A stretch of 64,000 bases of DNA from the human T2T-CHM13v2.0 reference genome, Homo sapiens, in the NCBI RefSeq assembly GCF_009914755.1, contig NC_060932.1. One strand, 5' to 3'. The position numbers and the translations under genes are program-made. A model generated the notes under the pieces. It did not search any database. It was not told the origin of the DNA and saw nothing but the letters and a program-made list of their open reading frames with translations. This document shows, one piece after another, positions 51,531-64,000 of this stretch. The number at the start of each line of letters is the position of its first letter. Position 1 is the first letter of the stretch.

Positions 51531-52759
51531 TTCATTTAAAATATTTTAATTTTCAGAATTTTTCAGAAGTCAGTCATGCCTGAGCTAAGGAAAAAGATGC
51601 AGATGGCAAATTTTTGTTTTTTAAAATTATAGTATCAGCAAATGGAATCACAAAGGTGAATGTAGAATTCTGAGGCCATGCTGTTAAGTAGTTGCAGATC
51701 CATAATTTAATTCTAAGCTTCTCTGACTCTCAAATGCATGTTCTTGACTATTGAGCTGTGGAGCTAGACAACCCCAAAATTTTTATGAAATATGAAAAAT
51801 GTTCTGATCTTTCCATCTATTCAAATGAGCTACCATGTTGTAAGCACCACATAGTCTGTTTATGACATACATATTATTCCTATTCTTTTCCCCAATCCTG
51901 CATGTGATTGTCATTATTATTCATTTTTTCCAGAAGAAAAAATTGAGTTTTGGAGAGTTAAAAACTTATTGGGTCCTCATTTCTTGAATGGCTTTCCTCT
52001 ACAGTGTGCCCTCGTGTACATCCATGGCCCCCACCAGGCAAGAAAACAGAGTCCCCACTTAGGAGAAAATTATTACTTAAGCCTTGTTTTTTTTTTTAAA
52101 TGTGTTTTATAATTAATACTAAAATAAATTTCACTGAGGTATGAATCAAGTTTGTTTGGGAAATAAAATATTAAAATACATGGAATCGTGTATAATGTTT
52201 GACAACATCTGCATGCTTACTTAATCACATGATCTCCCTGATGGAATCAGCTCTTAAGTTGAGATCTGACACCATCTTATATAGATAATGTATGTCATAG
52301 GCATACATGGCTCAGCTACTGAGGCAATCTTCTCTCTGTAAAATTAAAATAAAAGTTTTGCCAGCAATTAATCTCCTTAGCCGTTAGAATAGATTATACA
52401 CCAGTCCTTAGAGTGCAAGGAAGTGAGCATGTGAGAGTGTTTGAAGACCTGGCACTAAATGATTACAATGTCACCAGGAGAGAGCTCAGTTACAAAATAG
52501 TACAGTTGGAGCAGCTTATTTCTTCTCAAGTACAATTACTTTGTTCTCAGAACCAATGTAATCATTGGAGCACGTTTATTTCTTCTTTGTTCTCACATTG
52601 TGAGTATGTGTTAGCATGTAGCCTAATGCAAATATGGTAAAATATATTATATTTGAAGCTAGCTAGCAATAGTTTGATATATTTTCAGATATGAAGATAT
52701 AAAAAACAAATAAAAAACTTTTAAAAAGTCATTGCTAACTTTGTAAAAACGTAATATAT

Positions 52760-52990
52760 ACTCAAGACTCAGCCTGCTGGGCTCAGGTTCTGGCCCTGGC
52801 CCCATCACAGAACAGCTGTGTGACTTCGATACAATAACTTAACCTCTCTGAGACTATGTATCATAATTTATAAAATGGGAAGAGTGAAAGTGTCTACCTC
52901 ACAGGTTTGCCATAGAGATTAAATGAATTAACCATTATTGATAAATGTTAATAATGGTGTCTAATACATATTGAATGTTTAAGTGTTTGT
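52760..52990 (+). mobile_element. MIR
   Basis: agctgtgtgacttcga..aataacttaacctctctgag...tataaaatggg...ctacctcacagg...gagattaaatga. Confidence 0.85.
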
Positions 52991-53610
52991 TTGCAAGTAT
53001 TTTCCTGACATTTTTGAAATATATGTGTTTTATATGTTCCCTAAACTTTTGTATATCTTCTTACCTCATTTATTAGCCACAATTTGATCATCTGAATTCC
53101 TAGCTGAATAACTGGTACCATGTTTATAATACTTCAGCTTCTCCTAGTGTTTCAAAGCTACCTCCTGCCATATTTTGCTATGAATGTACTTTCTTATTTC
53201 TTATTATGCTGGAAACAGCATTGCCTAGCAGTAGCAAAACATTTCTTACGGAAGAGGAATAAATATATTTCTTGTTGAGATTGTAGCTGCAAAACTTCTC
53301 TCGCTTGAGTTCCCATCATGAGAATGGCGTTATCAGAGAAATACAGAACCAAAATCTTTATGAGGCCAACGTTGTTTCCAAACATTTCTTAACGTTCCCT
53401 TGATTGACCAAAATAAACTAACTAATAATAAGGAATCAAATCCTCCAGAAAAAAATAAAAATCAAATTAAAGAAGGAATTAAGACTACTAAGGTAATTCT
53501 TAGGACAAATGAAATCAAATTGAGCTCTCATTATCTCCATTAAAGTGCCACATGGATGCATACAATCTTACATGGATAATGTACATAATTTAGATTCTTG
53601 TCAAAAAAGA

Positions 53611-53838
53611 CACTGCAGCCTCTGCCTCCCGGGTTCAAGCGATTCTCCTGCTTCAGCCTCCCAAGTAGCTGGGATTACAGGCACCCATCATCACGCCTGG
53701 CTAATTTTTGTATTTTTAGTAAAGATGGGGTTTTGCCATGTTGGCCAGGCTGGTCTAGAACTCCTGACCTCAGGTATTCTGCCCTCCTCGGCCTCCCAAA
53801 GTGCCGGGATTACAGGCCTGAGCCACCGCGCCTGGCCA
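53611..53838 (-). mobile_element. AluSx-like lacking its 3' end and tail
   Basis: Begins abruptly at cactgcagcctctgcctccc, ends gcctggcc. Confidence 0.92.
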
Positions 53839-53924
53839 GGAGCACATTTTTCTAAATCAAGCATGAAGACAAAAGTGCACATGGCAGCCCCCTTGAATTC
53901 AGCTTCTTGCCATGAGCCAAGAAT

Positions 53925-54033
53925 CTATGTATACCATGCTGGACTCTTGAGTTACAGAACTGAAAGCAAATAAAGCAAAGTTGTTTTAAGCCAGTAACTT
54001 TGTGGTGATTTGTTATGGCAGCAAAAAACTAAC
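53925..54033 (+). mobile_element. MLT1 3' fragment
   Basis: gttgttttaagccagtaactttgtggtgatttgttatggcagca..aactaaca. Confidence 0.75.
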
Positions 54034-54849
54034 AAAAACCATAACAAAAGCAAGCTGCCTTCAGCTTTCTCTGATGAGTTTCTCCCCTGTAATTGTCCTG
54101 TTCTGCATTGTTTGCCTGGGATTTTGTCCTCATTTATATCTCTGCTAAAAAAAAAAAAAGGAAATAGCAGCCCTCATTGCTCAAACCAGTGTATGGTTTT
54201 CACTACTCATTTTACCTTATTTCTGTAGCAATTGAAGACTAACCTGGGAGAACATGCTGAAAGGTAGGAAATAAAAACAGCAACATAGTGTCAAAGTCCA
54301 GAAATGCCCATTGCTGTGCTATCTGGGCAAATTACTCAACCTCTTTCAATCAAATTTCCTTATAAAATAATAAAGAAAAATGAGCTTTCCTTATAAGATT
54401 GTGTGGATTAAATGGGATAATAGACTGAACAATATTTCTCCAAGCAGCTTAAAAGCCATTTTTCAAGGGTGTTTTTCTAACCTCTAAATCTTCGAGGCTA
54501 TGCTCACTCAATGCACCTCTTCTCCTGCACTTATTGTAACTTGAAAATATAGTTAATTGTGGGAATGTGTTCATGCCCAACTCTTCTGCTAGATTATACT
54601 TACAAAGGAGACTATTTTTGTTCACTGTAATATTCCTGTGTGTGGTGCAGGACCTAAAAAATATTAGGTAGTCAATATATATCCGTTAAATAATTGAACA
54701 TTAAGAATGTGTCTAGAATATATTAAGTGTTCAAACAATGTTGATTTCCTTCCTTACTTGACCTTGTCTTGTTTATCAGCATTTAGGGCTGCATTTTGTG
54801 TTGTTTCTTCTCCTTGTTCTATTCCTTCTGGTTTCATGTGCTTTCTCTT

Positions 54850-55355
54850 TTTATTAGTTTCATATTGCAGTCATAACAGATAACCACAAACTTGGTGGTT
54901 TAGAACACCCACATATCATCTCACCACTCTGGTGGTCAGAAGTCTGAGCATACAACATGGCTCAACAGCATCCACTGCTTTGCTTATCGGAAAACTGAAA
55001 TCACACGTCAGCAGAGCACTGTTTCCTGTTCAAGGCTCCGGAGAAATATCTGCTTCCTAGTTCAATCAACATTTTGGCAGTTGTTTGTGGTAGGAATACA
55101 CATTGGTTATAGGAATGAAGTTCCCATGTTCTTGGTGGCTATCGCCAGGGCACTGATCATTGTACTTAGAAGTCTCTTTCTGTCTGTGTTCATGGCCCCT
55201 ATATCTCAAAACCAGTATGGTTGAATCAAATCCTTCTCACACTTGGAAACCATCAGACTGCTCTCTCTCATATCCTTAACTCCAATGGGAGGGAGTTCCT
55301 ACTTTTAAGGGCTCCTGTGATTAGACTGGGTCCACTTGGATACTCCAGGGTAACA
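54850..55355 (-). mobile_element. MLT1 (E/F-like) LTR
   Basis: attagttt...ataacagataaccacaaacttggtggtttagaaca...ttttaagggctcctgtgattagactgggtccac. Confidence 0.75.
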
Positions 55356-55452
55356 CCAAGAACACTCTTACACCACCGCATGGCAAGGCCTCTAGCTTTC
55401 TGACCTCTAATGCCAGCTAAGTCATAGCCACTGCCAATTCTATGCTTTTATG

Positions 55453-55519
55453 TTTTATTATTTTATTTTATTTTATTTTATTTTATTTTATTTTATTTTA
55501 TTTTATTTTATTTTATTTA
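55453..55519. repeat. (ATTTT)n pentanucleotide repeat
   Basis: Directly visible. Confidence 0.95.
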
Positions 55520-55561
55520 TGTTACCCTTATGGGATCACATCACTTGGGGGAAACAATTTC

Positions 55562-55895
55562 TACATTAGTCAAGGTAAGTCATGTTATATAGGTATATAA
55601 CAATCACAAAATTCCAGTGCCTTAAAACACAAAGGTCTTTCAGATGTTCTATTCTTCCTGTGTCTTCCGAATCCACCATCTTTGATGTACACCTGTACTT
55701 TAACTTCAGGAAGGGTGAGATGAATTAAGTATTATGTGTTGGGTATAGAATTGGGAATATGAATTTTATCCACATTCCATTGGCTAAAACTCAGGCCATG
55801 GTCCCTGCAAACTGCAAAGAGGACTGGGAAATGTAATTTCTCTTAATGTTCCAGGGGAAATAAAAAAGAATTTGGAGACCATAGAGCATTCTCTT
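55562..55895 (-). mobile_element. Old MLT1 (J/K/L-like) fragment
   Basis: cagtgccttaaaacacaaagg...cacattccattggctaaaactcag...aactgcaaagaggactgggaaatgta. Confidence 0.65.
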
Positions 55896-56809
55896 CATCC
55901 TGTAGACTCTTTCCAATTGAAAAGATTTCTAAACATATTCCCTTCTATACTCTGAATCTGTATTCATAGATTTTCTCTCAACATCTAGTCAATTCCCCAT
56001 GTTTCCGTGCACTGCCTGCTGTTTCTTCTTTCCATAATGCTCTATCCCTGTTTATGTGAATTGAGAGGTATTATTCAATTATCAGTGCCAATTGTTTTGA
56101 GGCACTGGTAGAAGATTTATGAGGTTCTTCTAGATTGTCTAAACCAGAGGTGGTCTTTTTTTTCCTTATATTTTTAACAAAAACCTATTTATTTACATGC
56201 TGCATATCAAATGAAACATAGTTATAGTTTGTCTTTTCAAAATGTAGTTTTCTTAGGGCAGAAATTATGTCTGTGAATGCCCAGCATTAGCGAAGTTCCT
56301 TACATATGGTAAACCCACACTATGTTTGTTTGTTTGAAGGCTTAATATGTAAATGAATGTCCTAATAAATAACAGATTTATTGAATGTATTTGTCTTAGT
56401 AATAATAACTCATGCTTATCTTGACCTTGCTGTGTGCTAGGCATGAGTTTTCCAAAATGTAGAAACTAAGGCACTGAACAGTGAAATAACTCCATAAAAT
56501 CATGGCCTAAGGAGTAGTAGAGATGACTTTGAACCCATAGATTGTGGCCATTGAGTTTGTGTTCTTTACTACTATATGTCTGTTAATTTCAGCATTATTA
56601 AAGAAAATAACTTTTTATTTCTATATATTATGTGTCAGACATTATAATCATTGCTGTTGCTCTTTTTATCTTCAAAAGTTCCGTACAGAAAATGTATTGA
56701 TAGTCCCCCTGGCTTTTTTCCCTGCATTGCATCAGATTAGAAAAATGAGGAATCAGGCTGCTTGTTTCTGCTCTTACATGTAAATGACTTGGCAGTTGTC
56801 ACTGTCTTC

Positions 56810-59800
56810 TCTGCATCAAGAACAAGTGAACAAACTGTATAGTGACAACTCTTCTTCTAATCACAGAGAAAACCACCACGCCTAAAACTGGAGAAACAAG
56901 TGAATACAGGGAACCACAGCTTACTAGGAGCAGAAACCATCATTGGTGCCAATAAATTACAGAGAAACTTAAACTATAACTGATGAATTGGTGGTTGCTC
57001 AATGTGGACTAGTTGGAAGTTAAATCTCCTAGAGGTCAAGCCTCAAGGGGAACACTGCTCTTTCATGAGTTTTACCTCCAGGAGACTCACCAGGTTATCA
57101 CTGTAACAATCTGAGAAAAATTTCTACCCGTTTCCTGCAAGGAAAGGAGAAAAGCAACCATGTTTAAATATACCCAGAGCATTCTGTTCTGTTTAACAAA
57201 GGTCTCCCCTCAAGAAAAACCTAGTTTATTAGAACCCACCTAACATGGAAGAAGGGAAATAACCCCTTGAAGACCCCTCAAACTTTCCTGTCTCACCTAT
57301 GGGAGATGAAAGAAAAGCTGAGATGTATTTGTTAGGGTCGCAACCCATGGGCACAGGTTCACTGAAAGACTGAGACCTAGTCAGAAGGTTATGGAATACT
57401 TCCTCCTTTCTCACATTTTATCCCACATCAACAAGGCTGTAGCATAATAATAGTGAAATACAGTTGAAAAATTTATGAGGATATAACTTTATTTAAGAAG
57501 TGTCTTTTAGGCCGGGCGCAGTGGCTCACGCCTGTAATCCCAGCACTTTGGGAGGCCGAGGCGGGCGGATCATGAGGTCAGGAGATCGAGACCATCCTAG
57601 CTAACACGGTGAAACCCCGTCTCTACTAAAAATGCAAAAAGTTAGCCGGGCGTGGTGGCGGGCGCCTGTAGTCCCAGCTACTCAGGAGGCTGAGGCAGGA
57701 GAATGGCGTGAACCTGGGAGGCGGAGCTTGCAGTGAGCCGAGATTGCGCCACTGCACTCCAGACTGGGCGACAGAGCAAGACTCTGTCTCAAAAAAAAAA
57801 AAATAAATAAAAATAAATAAATAAAAATAAGTATTTTTTGAGTTTGCATACAAACTCAAATGCAAAAAGGGAGACAAAAACAAGGACACTGGAGGAAATG
57901 GAAACTTCCGGCATCTACAGCTGCAGCAAGCAGTAAACACAGCCTAACTCCTGGCAAGACAAATGCAATAGCTCACACTAATGATCTACTCACATCAGTT
58001 TCTTTTACCAGGGCATCATGTCTGGCTTTCAATAAAAACCCAGAAGGCACGGTAAAAGGCACATAATACAGTGTGAAGAGAAAAAACTAGCAACAGAACC
58101 AGAATCAGATATGGCAGAGATTTTTGAATTAATGAATTGGTAGTTTAAACTAACTATATTATGCTAAGAAGTATAATGGAATAAAGTTGACAGCATGCAA
58201 GAAAAGATAGGTGATGTAAGCAGACAGCTGAAAACTCTAAGAAGATAACCAAAAGAAAATGCTAAAAATCAAAACCATTGTAATAGAAATGAAAAAGTTA
58301 CAGTCTTTCATGAAATTATTAAACTGGATACAGCTAAGGAAAAAAATAGTGAGCTTGAAGATACGTCTATGGAAGCTATCTAAACTAAAAATTAAAAATA
58401 AAGACTGAAAAAGGAAACAGAACCGTATACCCAAGAAATGTGGAACAATTTAAAAAGGGGTAACTTATGTGTAATGGGAATACCAGAAGAAGAAGAAAGA
58501 AAACATGTAGGAACAGAATAAATATTTAAAATGATAATGGCTGAGAATTTTCCAAAACTAATGACAGGTACCAAACTTCAGATACTGGAATTTCAGAGAA
58601 ATCAAACAGAATATACACAAACTAAAAGCAAAACAACACAAAATACTATGCCTAAGAAATATTTTATAGAAGCTGCAGAAAATCAAAGAAGAAAATAAGC
58701 CAGAGAAAAAAAATCACCTTACTTAGAGAGGTATAAGTATAGGAATTACATTGGACTTCTCTTAGAAACCATGCAAAGAAGAAACAAGTGGAGTGAAATA
58801 ATTAAAATGTTGAAAATTTCATTAAAAAACACACCCAACTGGAATTCTGTATCAAGTTAAATTATCCTTCAAATGTAAAGAAGGAATGAAACTTCTCAGT
58901 CAAACAAAAATTGGGGAACATATTTTCAGTTCATCCTCCTTGCTAGAGCTATAAAAGAAATTCTTCAGAGAGAAGAAAAATGATATGGGTCAGTAACTTA
59001 TGTATACATTAAAAAAGAGAATTAAAAAATAAATAAAAACAAGATCTTGTTTATATTTAATTTAGCTAACAGCTCTTCTGTGAAATAATAATAACAATGG
59101 TCTATATGCTGATTATGCCTTATGGATAAGTAAAATGAATTACAGCCATGTTATAAGAGATAAGGAAGGTGAGGTTTTGAATATTCTACTATAAACCACA
59201 TGCATTATCCATGAAGTGTTTTAGTATAGTAGCCTTATATTAGTTTTAAATGTATATTTCTAATATTAGGGAAATCACTAAAGTAAATTGAAAATATAAA
59301 TAAAATTGATATACTAAGAGGGAAGTAAAAATGGAGTCATAAAAAGCTCAATTACAACCTGAGAAGGCAGAAAAAGAGGGGAAAATAATAAAGAAACAAA
59401 TAAAAAGGGCAACAAACGAAAAGCAAGTACATATGTAGTAGTTATTCATCCTACTATGTCAACAATGACTTCAAATATGACTGCTCTAAATATACTCATT
59501 AAAATGCTCTAAATATATCCATTAAAAGACAGACTTTCTGTGTAGATAAAAATAAACAAGAGTAAACTATGTATTGTGTACAAGAAATCCACTTTAAATA
59601 TAAGGACATAGATAGGTTAAAAGTAACAAAAGAAACACAGAAAAAGAGAAGTATTTAGATACAAATCCATAAAAATACATAAAGGATCTACACTGTGAAA
59701 TCCACAAAGCTCTGAAGAAAGACATTAAAGAAGATATAAATAAATTGAGAGATATTCCATATTTATGGGTGGGAAGAAATATTGTTAAGATGTTGATTTT

Positions 59801-60410
59801 TCCTAAATTTATATATAGTTTCAACACAATCTCAGTCAAAATTCCAGCAAGGTATTTTGTAGATACTAATAAACTGATTCTAAATTCCACATGGAAAGCA
59901 AAAGCCCAGAATGGCTAACACAATAGTGAAGAAGAGCAAAACAGAAGAGCTGAAGAACTGACACTATCTTATCTTAAGAGTTGCTATAAAGCTACATTAA
60001 CCAAAACAGTGTGGTGTTAGCAAAAGAATAGACAAATTGATCAAGATAACAGAATAGAGAAGTCAGAAATAGCCCTGCACAAATGTAGTCAATTGATCTT
60101 GACAAAGGAGCAAAGACCACAAAGAAAGGATAATCTTTTCAGCAAGTAGTGCTGTTAACAACTGGACATCCACATGAAAGAAATGAATATAAATACATTT
60201 CTTACAATCCTCACAAAAATAAATTCAAACTGAATCACAGAACTAAAAGCAAAACACAGAATGATCAGTTTTGATAAATTCCTAAGACAACATGGCAGAA
60301 TATCTAGATGAACTTAAGTTTGGCAATGAGTTTATGGATACAATACCAAAGCATGATCTATGAAAGAAAGAAGAAAACTGAAAAATTGGACTTCCTTAAA
60401 ATTAAAAACT
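56810..60410 (+). mobile_element. Old L1M (5' region, ORF1, start of ORF2, large internal deletion, distal ORF2)
   Basis: ORF1-like (aatggctgagaattttccaaaactaatgaca; gaattctgtatcaagttaaattatccttcaaa) and ORF2-like (aatattgttaagatgttgatttttcctaaattt) segments. Confidence 0.8.
57510..57829 (+). mobile_element. AluY, full length, CpG-rich
   Basis: ggccgggcgcagtggctcacgcc...gagatcgagaccatcc...gaatggcgtgaacc...ggagcttgcagtgagccgag. Confidence 0.97.
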
Positions 60411-62479
60411 TAATTTTCCCTCACTAATCTATTGATTAAAAGTAGATTAAAAATGATGCACTCTGTAAGTCTAGGACTTTGTTTTTGTCTGTACATTATC
60501 TCTAAAATGTAAAAAATACTTCTTGGTGCAAAATAGGTACTAAAATTGTTTAATGACAATTTGCAGAGTTCAAAGTAAAGCACAAATTGCTTCACTTGTT
60601 CACACACAAAAAAATTTTACTTTTCAATTGAGACTTAATTCATCTAATCCAAACCTCCAAATGTGAGACAGTTACAAATGAAAACAAAGAGGTTAAGATT
60701 GTTTGAGTTTTACTTAATTCAGCTGCTTTTGTTGTTGTTTGGTTGTATCTTTCTGGCTACATAGTAGTTTGGCCAACTGTAGGCAATGCAGCCTTAAATA
60801 GAGAGGTTTAGTACCAAGCCTCCTTAAAGGGATTTATCTCTTTCCATATATATTTTTTCCTATAGAAATATTTAACCCAGTACTCCTTTTGGAACATTGA
60901 TACATAGTCAGTACTATTAAAATAGGCAGTTAATATTGTGGAGTTCAAACATGGGACAAATAAGAGTTGGAGGAATGGTGACTAACATATTTTTTCTCTG
61001 CTTGTTCCACAAATGGTACTTTTTCCCCCATCTGCATAATCAGATTTCAAATTTAATGAATATTTGCTATAGTCATTTCTATGTATAATAGTGAGCTAAT
61101 ATGATAATATTTATTAATTTATTCAAGAAATATTTATGAAAGTGTCCTACTGTTTGCTACTCCTTTGAATACCTAATGATGATAGATGAAGGAAATGAAA
61201 TTAGGGGAAGATTGACATGAGTCATAAGACGTGTGGCTGAAAATAAATTTTAATAGGAGGAAAGAAAAAATTACCCAACTGGGGAGAAAACATTGTAGTA
61301 AAAAATGTAATCATTTAATTCTGTTTCCCAAATGAAATGGACTTTAATTCACTACAGGGCAACTAATATTAGTAGGGTTAAGGGGAACCATTAGTGGTGC
61401 CAGTTTGTAGGTGACAGTAGTCACCTTTGCCTTGTAAACTTAACTGATATTGAGAGTCTTAATAGCCATAGGAACATGACAAGATAATTATCACTGAAGA
61501 ATAATAACAAGCTAAATGCAGATAAAGTTAACATTTTATTCATTTTGAACTATGCCAGAAAATAGTTAAATAGATGACCATTTTCCAAAACCAAATTTTG
61601 TATGATTGCCTATTTCCATATTTTCAGATTAAATTTCTATTCCAAATATTGTGCTTTTCATCATCATTTCATCCAAGCCACTCTTATAGTCTGGATGGCT
61701 GTAAAAATGGCATAATCACTATGTGTACAGTAGCAATTTTGTCATTACTTGCAGAATGACAATAAATATGTAACTTGTTTTTGCTTCAAAGAAAAAATAG
61801 ACCTGTATAAAAGGCAATTTTTTTCCTTCTGCTCATTTTAGTTCGGCATGAAGTAGTTTAAAAGTTTCCAGGATAATATCATGCACCCTTTTAACATTAC
61901 AGATGCCACCTTCTGGAAGTTACAATAAATACTTAAGCACAGTTGTGAAAACATGCCCTCTTTAGCTTATAAAATACTTATAGGTAGATATAGGCAAATT
62001 CACCTGACATCATCATTGTGTTTTGCATGAACAATAATTGGCTCCTTACTTCTATACTACGTTTTAAAGACAAGAAATGTTCGTGGTGAACCAGAGACTA
62101 ATTATACTCTTTGCATTGCAAAAATAGTTCTTTAAACATAAATCAATAGATTAAAAAAATGTTTTCCTAAGTAAGGCAAGCAAGAAATATATTTAGAAAG
62201 AAGTATTTTGGCTTCAAGTATTTAAAACACATCTATTGTGTTAACCTGCCAATGACTCAATCATGTTACATTCTAGGTTTTTAAAAATCTGTCATTCACA
62301 TTCCCCCCAGCAAAACTGAAGCCATGTAGGTAAGAACAGAAAACTAAGAAGCTTGTTAATAGAGAGGACTACTCTTCAAATAAGTTAAAAATAACTTTGC
62401 AAGAAAAAAAGGATCACCATAGTAGTATTTATATAAATTTATTTAATGCTTTTGTTTTGCCTGTGAGTCTGGGCATTTA

Positions 62480-62660
62480 GAAGTCCTAACATGTTAAAGT
62501 GGAAAGGGAGAGCAGTCTCATCTGGTCTAATTCCTTCTTTCCAAACCTGAAGCAAAGGAGTTCTAGAGATATGGGGCCATCTGCCTGGAGCTCTCTGACA
62601 AATCCACCAGTATCATAATTCTGTTTCAAGTCAAAATCCTCTTTTAAAGAAACCACCTGG
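62480..62660 (-). mobile_element. MIR/MIR3-like fragment
   Basis: atgttaaagtggaaaggga...catctggtctaattcc... Confidence 0.5.
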
Positions 62661-63904
62661 GATTTTACTCCCAGGAAACAAAATTGGGATCAAAACCAGA
62701 AAACAAACAGAGATACACAAATCAAAACAAAATTTTGTCACTGAAATTTTTCCTGCTTCACTGTTTAATCCCCAGTACTTCGTGATGGATTTATGCCGCT
62801 CATAGGAATTGCACCCAGTCAGACCTGAACAAGCTTAACCTCCCAGTGAGTATACAGCTTTCAAACCCACACTAAAAAGTGGGGAAAATAGGTAAGAACG
62901 ACCATCAGCATTGATTCAATAGATTACATGGCATTAATTACAAAGTAGTTTATAAACCAAACACTAAATGGAAGACGTTTATATCCTTACCATTAGTGAT
63001 TTCTGTGTCAGAGGACTCACTTGAGTTTATAAAACTGTATTTTAAGGCTGGAATCCTAAAGTAAGATATTTCTGTAAGAACAATCAGTTAGTGTCATAGA
63101 TATTAGTGTGGTTGAAAGCAATTAGCAATTGATTTATTTTAATTATAAAAAAATTAAAAGATCACAAATACAAACAAAACAAAGCCAAGCAAATCAATCT
63201 TAACATAAATATTAATGATGTATTGGATTTTTAATAAAGAAATGTAAATAGTGAACAAATAGCAAGCTATTAGATTTGGAAAGATAAGATTTGGGAAATG
63301 ATTTATTGTAGTGTATTTTATTTGTAGTTGCATCAGAAATTACATTAATCATTGATTAAATTACATTTATGATTCTTACGTGATCACCATATCCATTTAA
63401 GAGTGAGCCTATTAGATAAAAGCCAAAGCAATTATCTTACTGATTTTTTGAAATAAAAAAATAGTAATAACTCAGAAAAAATGAGATGCACATGTTCTTC
63501 CAGCATATTTTCCAGGCTTAATAGAGTTAAAATACGGGCCTTAATATTATCACAATAGTGATGAATGTGCCTGCTTCCCAGGCTAGACAATTTAGGAATA
63601 AGATCCAGGGTGGCTGGTGTTAGTCATCTGATCAGGTAGTTAACTCCATCCTCAGCTGGCTTTTCTCTTTACTGACAGACTGTCACAATGTCCATTAACA
63701 ATTTCCCAAAAGCAGCATGGAAATTGATACCAAGAACACTGCACCTTCAGCCTAAGAAGGTTTAGATTTAAGGGTATTGTTTTATTAGTAATCCATTATT
63801 CAACTGAGTTATAGTCAATTCATTTTTTTCTCTGAATCCTGATATATACCATTTTTATATATACCTTATATATACACCATTTTTGAAAGAAAGCAAAGCA
63901 ACTT

Positions 63905-64000
63905 ACTATCCCAGTTAAAATGGCTTTGTTAAAAATTACACAAAAAAATAGCGGCTTAAAACAACGAGAAGATTTATTTAGCTCAGAGATCTCCAGCTGG
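63905..64000 (-). mobile_element. MLT1-like LTR running off the window end
   Basis: agcggcttaaaacaac..gatttatttagctca. Confidence 0.6.

Noticed and set aside
53545-53973. 142-aa ORF and similar ORFs at 2275, 21463, 24468, 30047, 37479, 42584 and 57626
   Set aside because: Translations are the familiar antisense-Alu peptides ([27 protein letters not shown])

Overview
AT-rich primate (human-like) non-coding genomic DNA, either intronic or intergenic, dominated by interspersed repeats. These include AluJ/S/Y copies, L1 elements of many ages, L2/MIR relics, ERV1 LTRs and internal sequence, MaLR elements (including a complete MST-type provirus with a nested THE1-type solo LTR) and DNA transposons (MER44, MER33). 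I can support no protein-coding exon, RNA gene, CRISPR array or prokaryotic feature. The supplied ORFs are chance ORFs or repeat-derived, and the only clearly protein-like one is an orphan retroviral integrase fragment at about 36.8 kb. I did not find a new biological system. The best observations are structural scars: an ultra-short young L1 insertion with a long target-site duplication (TSD), a locally copied LTR segment, the orphan integrase fragment, a (TA)n-bounded micro-inversion and a template-switch duplication cluster. A few candidate regulatory motif clusters lie in unique sequence. Subfamily names come from recalled consensus sequences, and most boundaries are approximate.
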